Shown in pieces: positions 8,243-14,053 of a stretch of 14,053 nucleotides of DNA. A program made the position numbers and the translations under genes. The DNA comes from a virus (lineage: Duplodnaviria; Heunggongvirae; Uroviricota; Caudoviricetes). Where the stretch lies: IMG/VR virus record IMGVR_UViG_2617270944_000005; one strand, 5' to 3'. The notes below the pieces were generated by a model. The model was given only the letters and a program-made list of their open reading frames with translations. It ran no database searches and had not been told where the DNA came from. Numbering within the stretch: position 1 is the stretch's first letter; the number at the start of each line of letters is the position of its first letter.

Positions 8243-8497
8243 ATGAACCAGAAAACACTTGAAGATGTAATCAAAACTGTTCGCGTTGCTGTTGTGGCCG
8301 ACGTTTGTGGTGTCAGCCAAAGAGCAATCTATAAATGGATGGATAACGGAAAATTGCCTCGCACAGAATATACCGGCGAAACAAATTACGCTGAAAAAAT
8401 CGCTCTTGCATCAAACGGATTATTTTCTGCCGATGCAATTTTAACTATTGGCAGGAATAAAACTACTACGAAAAAGCTGATGGGAGTTGATTCATGA
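8243..8497 (+). CDS. ydaS: Cro-like HTH protein YdaS, 84 aa
   Basis: MNQKTLEDVIKTVRVAVVADVCGVSQRAIYKWM (HTH); start chosen at the ATG preceded by GAGGGTG; the ORF track's 108-aa version starts at 8171 inside the operator region. Stop overlaps the ydaT start (ATGA). Confidence 0.8.
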   Translation: MNQKTLEDVIKTVRVAVVADVCGVSQRAIYKWMDNGKLPRTEYTGETNYAEKIALASNGLFSADAILTIGRNKTTTKKLMGVDS

Positions 8498-8919
8498 AAA
8501 TCAAGCATGAACACATCCGCATGGCGATGAATGCCTGGGCGCATCCGGACGGCGAAAAAGTACCGGCTGCGAAAATTACCAAAGCGTATTTCGAGCTGGG
8601 AATGACGTTCCCGGAACTGTATGACGACAGCCATCCGGAAGCCCTGGCTCGCAATACTCAGAAAATTTTCCGCTGGGTGGAGAAAGACACCCCTGATGCG
8701 GTTAAAAAAATTCAGGCGTTGTTACCAGCTATCGAAAAAGCAATGCCACCTCTGCTGGTGGCCCGAATGCGCAGTCATAGCTCAGCCTATTTTCGGGAAC
8801 TAGTGGAGACGCGGGAACGACTGGTGAGAGACGCTGATGATTTTGTCGCAGTGGCGATCGCTGGTTTCAACCAGATGAATCGTGGTGGCCCTGCAGGAAA
8901 TATTGTGGCTGTGCATTGA
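8494..8919 (+). CDS. ydaT: YdaT (CII-like regulator, also reported as toxic on overexpression), 141 aa
   Basis: MKIKHEHIRMAMNAWAHPDGEKVPAAKITKAYFELGMTF matches Rac YdaT as I recall it; GGAG 8 nt upstream; translationally coupled to ydaS. Confidence 0.9.
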   Translation: MKIKHEHIRMAMNAWAHPDGEKVPAAKITKAYFELGMTFPELYDDSHPEALARNTQKIFRWVEKDTPDAVKKIQALLPAIEKAMPPLLVARMRSHSSAYFRELVETRERLVRDADDFVAVAIAGFNQMNRGGPAGNIVAVH

Positions 8920-8990
8920 CTCGCAATATTCATACCGGATCGCTTCCGGCAATTTGTGAGTAAAAAGATTCGGTATCAAAAGAGGTGAGT

Positions 8991-10061
8991 ATGGCTAACG
9001 CCTGGCTCAGATTATGGCATGACATGCCAAATGACCCTAAGTGGCGAACAATTGCCAGGGTGTCAGGGCAGCCAATTGCAACAGTGATGGCAGTGTATAT
9101 CCACCTCCTGGTGAGCGCGTCACGAAATGTCACGCGAGGTCACATTGAGGTCACGACAGAAGATTTGGCAAGTGCGCTCGACGTGACAGAAGAGGTAATT
9201 GATTCAATTTTGCAGACGATGCAGGGGCGGGTACTTGATGGTGATTTAATCACTGGATGGGAAAAACGCCAGGTGCTTAAAGAGGACAACGGCAATATTT
9301 CGCAAACCGCAAAATCTCCTGCAGAGCGCAAGAGGGCGCAGCGAGAGAGGGAAAGAAAGCGGGAACAAAATGGCGATTGTCACGGCGCGTCACGAAATGT
9401 CACGCATATGTCACGACGAGTCACGACAGATAAAGATACAGATAAAGATACAGATCAAGAAGATCAAAACACTATGGTCCATGGCGTAAAAAACGCCACG
9501 AACCAGGCAGGGGATGTTCAGACCGTCAATCTTGGTCAGCCAGCAGGCACGACACCGGAAGCCGATTCAGCGTATGCGCTGAAAGCCGATTCGGGCGCTG
9601 TGCAGCAGGTGATGACCGCAAGGCCGGAGCAATCACACCAACTGCAGCAGCCCGAAGCCGATTCCGCCATTCAGCGGGAAGCCGATCGGGTAGTCCCGGA
9701 AAACACCGGGCAGTCTGTGGGACGAGTGGATTATCCGGATGTGTTCGAACAGGTCTGGCGGGAGTACCCGTTGCGTGCTGGGGCAAACCCGAAGAAATCC
9801 GCTTTCAGTGCCTGGAAGGCCAGATTACGCGAGGGGGTGCCACCAGAGGCCATGCTGGATGGCGTGAGGCGTTACGCAAGATACTTGGCGGCTACCGGGA
9901 AAACGGGAACGGAATTTGTTCAGCGAGCGACGACGTTTTTTGGACCGGACCGGAATTTTGAGAACCCCTGGTTGCTCCCGGTAAGCGGCACGAACAACCA
10001 GCGTTGTGTGAATCATATTTCTGAACCGGATAACGAAATTCCGCCGGGCTTCAGGGGGTAA
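8991..10061 (+). CDS. Phage replication initiator-like protein (O-like / replisome-organiser-like), 357 aa, with intragenic iterons
   Basis: Position immediately after the cro/cII analogues; AAGAGG Shine-Dalgarno before the ATG at 8991 (the track's start at 8985 is a GTG two codons upstream); the gene contains two phased direct-repeat clusters, as lambda O contains ori-lambda; basic/acidic low-complexity linker; conserved-looking C-terminal domain (YPDVFEQVWREYPLRAGANPKKSAFSAWKARL). Family assignment is inferred, not searched. Confidence 0.7.
   Translation: MANAWLRLWHDMPNDPKWRTIARVSGQPIATVMAVYIHLLVSASRNVTRGHIEVTTEDLASALDVTEEVIDSILQTMQGRVLDGDLITGWEKRQVLKEDNGNISQTAKSPAERKRAQRERERKREQNGDCHGASRNVTHMSRRVTTDKDTDKDTDQEDQNTMVHGVKNATNQAGDVQTVNLGQPAGTTPEADSAYALKADSGAVQQVMTARPEQSHQLQQPEADSAIQREADRVVPENTGQSVGRVDYPDVFEQVWREYPLRAGANPKKSAFSAWKARLREGVPPEAMLDGVRRYARYLAATGKTGTEFVQRATTFFGPDRNFENPWLLPVSGTNNQRCVNHISEPDNEIPPGFRG
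9114..9154. repeat. Iteron-like cluster 1: four GTCAC(G/A) repeats at 10-11 bp spacing
   Basis: GTCACG at 9118, 9128, 9149 and GTCACA at 9138; includes the 21-bp unit GCGCGTCACGAAATGTCACGC (9114-9134), which recurs exactly at 9385-9405. Confidence 0.6.
9379..9452. repeat. Iteron-like cluster 2: five GTCACG repeats at 10-11 bp spacing, followed by a tandem 12-bp GATAAAGATACA x2
   Basis: GTCACG at 9379, 9389, 9399, 9410, 9420; tandem GATAAAGATACA at 9429-9440 and 9441-9452 (encodes DKDTDKDTD); together with cluster 1 a candidate replication origin. Confidence 0.6.
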
Positions 10062-10101
10062 GTGTTAATTTCTGGTCATGAGGTAATTTTCAGGAGGGCT
10101 T

Positions 10102-10524
10102 GTGGCAAAAGTTTTTACACAAGAAGAGCGGGAAAAAATTAAAGGGCAGGTTCTTGAACTCGTACGCCAGAGTGGGCGCGAGACGTTACGACAACTGGAA
10201 GCTAAAACTGGGGCAACAAGATATCTGATGAGCGTTCTGGCCAGAGAGCTGGTTGCCAGTGGCGATGTATACAATTCTGGCTACGGGTTATTCCCGTCTG
10301 AACAGGCTCGTAAAGACTGGCAAAATGCCCGCAAAAAATTATCGAGGGCAAAGCTGAAGAAACCGGTTGTGGTTGATCCGGACCTTATCTGGTCATTACC
10401 TGACGGAGAAATACGTCGCTACGACAGTCGCCTAAACATAATCTGTCGCGAGTGCCGGAAGAGCGAAGTTATGCAGCGCATATTGTCGTTTTATCAGGGG
10501 GATGTTCGGTATTTATTGAAGTGA
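10102..10524 (+). CDS. Hypothetical protein, 140 aa, in the position of a phage helicase-loader (lambda P analogue) but with no recognisable ATPase motif
   Basis: GTG start with a strong AGGAGG Shine-Dalgarno 4 nt upstream; no Walker A motif; lysine/arginine-rich segment (ARKKLSRAKLKK); one CxxC (CRECRK). Function not recognised. Confidence 0.65.
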   Translation: MAKVFTQEEREKIKGQVLELVRQSGRETLRQLEAKTGATRYLMSVLARELVASGDVYNSGYGLFPSEQARKDWQNARKKLSRAKLKKPVVVDPDLIWSLPDGEIRRYDSRLNIICRECRKSEVMQRILSFYQGDVRYLLK

Positions 10525-10858
10525 CGAGATTAAAGTGCATTAGTTCAGATGCAAATTGACATTTTGTGGCACAGGGTAGAGCTAGCGTGGTTGTCCGCTT
10601 TGTGCCAAGAGCAGACGCTGGTAATTCGTGCCTAATATACTTCACTTAACTTATATCCCAGCTTTGATACAGATCATACAAATTAAATGCCCCAGTAATT
10701 GGCAGGCTGAGTAACTTAAAACTCCTTAGAATATAGGATGATTTGTATCGGCACTCATTCCACCATGCATTCCGATTAACCCCGCATAGCCAGTTGAACT
10801 TTGCTACTCTGTGAGAGGTAGTACCTTCTATCCAGTGCGGATTTAATTAATGGAATAA

Positions 10859-13033
10859 ATGATTATGAGTGAAAATGATACAACCCCAAAGAAGTCTACA
10901 AGCCAGATTAACAAAGCGGTATTCTTTACATCTGCTTTGCTAATTTTCCTTCTTGTCGCCTTTGCCGCCGTATTCCCGGATGTCGCCGACAAAAATTTTA
11001 AACTACTTCAGCAACAAATCTTCACGAATGCCAGCTGGTTCTACATACTTGCTGTGGCCCTGATTTTACTGAGCGTCACGTTCCTTGGACTCTCACGTTA
11101 CGGTGATATAAAGCTGGGCCCAGACCATGCGCAGCCTGATTTCAGCTACCACTCCTGGTTCGCGATGCTTTTTTCGGCAGGGATGGGGATCGGCCTGATG
11201 TTCTTTGGCGTTGCCGAACCTGTGATGCATTATCTTTCGCCACCTGTCGGCACTCCAGAGACCGTTGCGGCAGCGAAGGAAGCCATGCGCCTGACGTTCT
11301 TCCACTGGGGTCTGCACGCATGGGCAATTTATGCCATCGTGGCGCTGATTCTGGCCTTTTTCAGTTACCGTCACGGTCTGCCTTTAACGCTGCGTTCTGC
11401 GCTCTATCCCATTATCGGCGATCGCATTTACGGGCCTATAGGCCACGCGGTTGATATCTTCGCCGTGATAGGCACTGTCTTTGGCGTTGCAACATCGCTG
11501 GGTTACGGTGTATTGCAGGTGAATGCCGGTTTGAACCATCTTTTCGGCGTGCCCATCAATGAAACGGTACAGGTCATTTTGATCGTGGTCATCACGGGGT
11601 TAGCGACGATTTCGGTGGTGTCCGGCCTGGACAAGGGAATACGCATCCTGTCTGAGCTTAATCTGGGCCTGGCGGTGTTGCTCCTGGCGCTGGTCTTGTG
11701 CCTGGGTCCCACTGTGCTTCTGCTGAAGTCATTTGTGGAAAATACGGGTGGTTATCTGTCGGAACTGGTGAGTAAAACGTTCAACCTTTACGCGTATGAA
11801 CCCAAGTCGAGCAACTGGCTGGGGGGCTGGACATTATTATACTGGGGATGGTGGCTTTCATGGTCGCCGTTTGTAGGTATGTTCATTGCACGCGTTTCCC
11901 GCGGCAGGACAATTCGTGAGTTCGTGACTGGCGTGTTGTTTGTTCCCGCCGGCTTTACGCTCATGTGGATGACGGTGTTTGGAAACAGCGCCATCTATCT
12001 CATCATGAACCAGGGCGCCACTGACCTCGCCAATACCGTTCAGCAGGATGTTGCGCTTGCCCTGTTTAATTTCCTGGAGCATTTCCCGTTCTCTTCCGTG
12101 CTGTCATTCATTGCAATGGCGATGGTCATCGTCTTCTTTGTAACGTCTGCTGATTCGGGGGCAATGGTTGTGGATACTCTGGCATCAGGTGGGGTGGCAA
12201 ACACGCCCGTCTGGCAGCGAATTTTCTGGGCATCGCTCATGGGCGTTGTTGCTATTGCCCTGCTGATCGCAGGGGGGCTGAGTGCGTTGCAAACCGTAAC
12301 GATAGCGAGTGCATTGCCCTTCTCAGTTATCTTATTAATATCCATATACGGACTGTTAAAAGCCCTGCGTCGGGATTTGACCAAGCGTGAAAGCCTTAGC
12401 ATGGCGACTATTGCTCCTACGGCTGCACGTAACCCAATTCCCTGGCAGAGAAGGTTACGCAATATCGCGTATTTGCCGAAGCGCTCTCTTGTGAAACGTT
12501 TTATGGACGACATTATCCAACCCGCCATGACGCTGGTTCAGGAGGAACTTAACAAGCAGGGAACGATAAGCCACATCAGTGACGCCGCCGAGGATCGTAT
12601 TCGCCTTGAAGTCGATTTGGGCAACGAGCTGAATTATATATATGAAGTGAGGCTTCGCGGGTATAACTCACCGACCTTCGCGCTCGCTGCGCTGGATAAT
12701 GATGAGCAGCAGAGTGAACAACATCGATATTATCGCGCTGAAGTCTATCTCAAAGAGGGCGGCCAAAATTATGATGTAATGGGCTGGAATCAGGAACTGA
12801 ACCGCCCCGGGTTTCCTGGAGAGTGTTTTATCTGTGAACTCAGGCTGCCAGATCATCGTTTCCGATGGAAGCATAATAAGCTTTTTCTGCTTCTGCCGGA
12901 GGAGTATGGCCCAGCCTTCCCAGCAATCGTCGATTGTTATACCAGTCCACCCACGTTAGTGTGGCCAGTTCCACTTCTGCACGGTTTTTCCAGCTCTTAC
13001 GGTGTATTACCTCCGCTTTGTAAAGACCATTGA
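10859..13033 (+). CDS. BCCT-family transporter, BetT-like (choline/osmoprotectant), 3' end interrupted by IS insertion; about 646 native residues followed by an IS-derived out-of-context tail
   Basis: BCCT signature GWTLLYWGWWLSWSPFVGMFIARVSRGRTIREF; collinear similarity to E. coli BetT along its length, including the cytoplasmic C-terminal domain, up to ...YDVMGWNQEL, where the IS terminal repeat begins (12798); roughly 30 residues of the expected C-terminus are missing. An alternative start is the ATG at 10865. Confidence 0.8.
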   Translation: MIMSENDTTPKKSTSQINKAVFFTSALLIFLLVAFAAVFPDVADKNFKLLQQQIFTNASWFYILAVALILLSVTFLGLSRYGDIKLGPDHAQPDFSYHSWFAMLFSAGMGIGLMFFGVAEPVMHYLSPPVGTPETVAAAKEAMRLTFFHWGLHAWAIYAIVALILAFFSYRHGLPLTLRSALYPIIGDRIYGPIGHAVDIFAVIGTVFGVATSLGYGVLQVNAGLNHLFGVPINETVQVILIVVITGLATISVVSGLDKGIRILSELNLGLAVLLLALVLCLGPTVLLLKSFVENTGGYLSELVSKTFNLYAYEPKSSNWLGGWTLLYWGWWLSWSPFVGMFIARVSRGRTIREFVTGVLFVPAGFTLMWMTVFGNSAIYLIMNQGATDLANTVQQDVALALFNFLEHFPFSSVLSFIAMAMVIVFFVTSADSGAMVVDTLASGGVANTPVWQRIFWASLMGVVAIALLIAGGLSALQTVTIASALPFSVILLISIYGLLKALRRDLTKRESLSMATIAPTAARNPIPWQRRLRNIAYLPKRSLVKRFMDDIIQPAMTLVQEELNKQGTISHISDAAEDRIRLEVDLGNELNYIYEVRLRGYNSPTFALAALDNDEQQSEQHRYYRAEVYLKEGGQNYDVMGWNQELNRPGFPGECFICELRLPDHRFRWKHNKLFLLLPEEYGPAFPAIVDCYTSPPTLVWPVPLLHGFSSSYGVLPPLCKDH

Positions 13034-13730
13034 TGCTCTCAGCCATCGCGTTGTCATACGAGTCGCCTGTACTCCCTGTTGATGCCAGTAATCCGGCTTC
13101 TTTTAGTCGCTCCGTATAGGCCAGTGACACATACTGAGAGCCTTTATCGCTGTGATGGATGGTGCCAGACGGACGACGGGCCCACAACGCCTGCTCCAGC
13201 GCATCCAGCACGAATGTCGTTTCCATAGACGATGAGACCCGCCACCCCACGATGTATCCGGCAAACACATCAATGATAAACGCCACATAGACGAAGCCCT
13301 GCCATGTGCTGACGTAAGTAAAATCAGCCACCCACAGCTGGTCAGGTCGTTCTGCCACGAACTGACGGTTTACGCGGTCGCCTGCGGCAACGGCTTTCCG
13401 GCTGATGGTCGTACGGACCTTTTTACCCCGGAGAACACCGGCAAGTCCCATAACCGCCATGAGACGTGCCACTGTACATCTGGCCACCCTGATTCCTTCC
13501 CGTAACAACTGACGCCAGACTTTACGCACACCGTACACCTGATGATTTTCATCGTATACGCGCTGTATCTCTCTCTTCAGCCAGTCGTCGTGCTGCGCAC
13601 GGGCACTGCGTTTATCCGGATGATGTCGCTGTTGCTGACAATGGTAATACGTTGACGGGGCAATATGCAGTTCGCTGCATACCGGTCCGACCCCGTACTG
13701 CTCACGCAGCTTATCCAGCAGTGGCATCAT
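12840..13730 (-). CDS. IS3-family transposase OrfB (DDE integrase-like catalytic domain), 296 aa
   Basis: DDE transposase hallmarks (WVADFTYV ... HSDKGSQY ... [15 protein letters not shown]); in the -1 frame relative to orfA, overlapping it by 4 nt. Confidence 0.9.
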   Translation of the reverse strand: MMPLLDKLREQYGVGPVCSELHIAPSTYYHCQQQRHHPDKRSARAQHDDWLKREIQRVYDENHQVYGVRKVWRQLLREGIRVARCTVARLMAVMGLAGVLRGKKVRTTISRKAVAAGDRVNRQFVAERPDQLWVADFTYVSTWQGFVYVAFIIDVFAGYIVGWRVSSSMETTFVLDALEQALWARRPSGTIHHSDKGSQYVSLAYTERLKEAGLLASTGSTGDSYDNAMAESINGLYKAEVIHRKSWKNRAEVELATLTWVDWYNNRRLLGRLGHTPPAEAEKAYYASIGNDDLAA

Positions 13731-14053
13731 TTTTTCCAGAGGCGGTCGAACTCCGCCTTCGCAAAATAAGCGGAAGCCTGGCGAAGGATATCGTTACTGC
13801 GGCGCAGTTCACGATTTTCACGTTCCAGCTCTTTCAGACGCTGACGTTCCGCGCTGGTGAGCCCACCATCACCGCCCCCGGTATCCCGCTCATGCTGGCG
13901 AACCCAGACACGCAGAGTCTCCGGCGTACAGCCAATCTTTGGGGCAATGGAACAAATTGCCGCCCACTGTGAGTCATATTCATCCTGACTTTCCAGAACC
14001 ATACGAATCGCCCGCTGACGGACTTCGGGGGAAAAACGAGTATTTTTAGTCAT
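13727..14053 (-). CDS. IS3-family transposase OrfA (HTH plus leucine-zipper region), 108 aa
   Basis: [30 protein letters not shown]... with a heptad-like [20 protein letters not shown] segment; ends in an A6 run directly before its stop, at the orfB overlap. Confidence 0.9.
   Translation of the reverse strand: MTKNTRFSPEVRQRAIRMVLESQDEYDSQWAAICSIAPKIGCTPETLRVWVRQHERDTGGGDGGLTSAERQRLKELERENRELRRSNDILRQASAYFAKAEFDRLWKK

Larger units (their letters stand above)
12798..14053 (-). mobile_element. IS3-family insertion sequence (IS629/IS1203/IS3411-like), partial, continuing beyond the window end
   Basis: Terminal sequence TGAACCGCCCCGGGTTTCCTGG at 12798 (IS3-family ends begin with TG); contains orfA and orfB in a -1 frame relationship; orfA's start codon is the last 3 nt of the window, so the left end of the IS lies outside. 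Specific IS name is from recollection of the OrfA sequence (moderate confidence). Confidence 0.8.

Noticed and set aside
8386-10274. Minus-strand ORFs (82, 62, 67, 63, 86, 63, 69 aa) antisense to ydaS/ydaT and the initiator gene
   Set aside because: Antisense shadows of a GC-rich coding region; no start signals; the plus-strand genes are strongly supported.
10567-10607. TGGCACA ... TGTGCCA inverted repeat, superficially like a sigma-54 -24 element
   Set aside because: No properly spaced -12 TTGC element; the 7-bp stem with a roughly 27-nt loop is too weak to call a structure or site.
11093-12528. Minus-strand ORFs (93, 61, 69, 68, 74, 162 aa) inside the transporter gene
   Set aside because: Antisense to a transporter CDS with a clear BCCT signature; Arg/Pro/Ala-rich composition typical of antisense frames.
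10859-13033. Expectation that the transporter after the replication module would be TrkG, as in K-12 Rac
   Set aside because: The protein carries the BCCT tryptophan-rich signature and aligns with BetT, not with Trk-type potassium transporters.
1-14053. CRISPR arrays, rRNA genes
   Set aside because: No regularly spaced identical repeats with unique spacers and no rRNA-like sequence were seen; the only periodic repeats are the 10-bp-phased GTCACG iterons, which are too short and too closely spaced to be CRISPR.

Overview
This window is the early/immunity region of a Rac-like lambdoid prophage, followed by a BetT-like BCCT transporter gene whose 3' end is interrupted by a partial IS3-family insertion sequence. 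Gene identities are from my recollection of E. coli K-12 Rac proteins, not from a database search. From 1 to about 7460 the minus strand carries the leftward early operon: integrase (intR), excisionase-like ydaQ/xisR, ydaC, restriction-alleviation/toxin ralR, recombinase recT, exonuclease VIII recE, racC, the small zinc-ribbon ydaE, the FtsZ-targeting kilR, and two tiny genes ydaF and ydaG. Superinfection-exclusion sieB is on the plus strand, convergent with ydaF. A cI-like repressor (racR, minus) is divergent from the cro/cII-like ydaS-ydaT pair (plus). After ydaT the replication module differs from what I recall for K-12 Rac (ydaU plus DnaC-like ydaV): here a 357-aa initiator-like protein is followed by a 140-aa protein with no recognisable ATPase motif. 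The most striking signal is inside that initiator gene: two clusters of GTCACG repeats at 10-11 bp (one helical turn) spacing, sharing a perfect 21-bp direct repeat, which I interpret as a candidate iteron-type replication origin. A second signal is an AATGTACT motif on both sides of racR, consistent with OL/OR-like operators. The right arm (10525 onward) holds an AT-rich spacer, the transporter gene, and an IS629/IS1203/IS3411-like element running off the window end. No CRISPR array, rRNA or convincing tRNA was seen.
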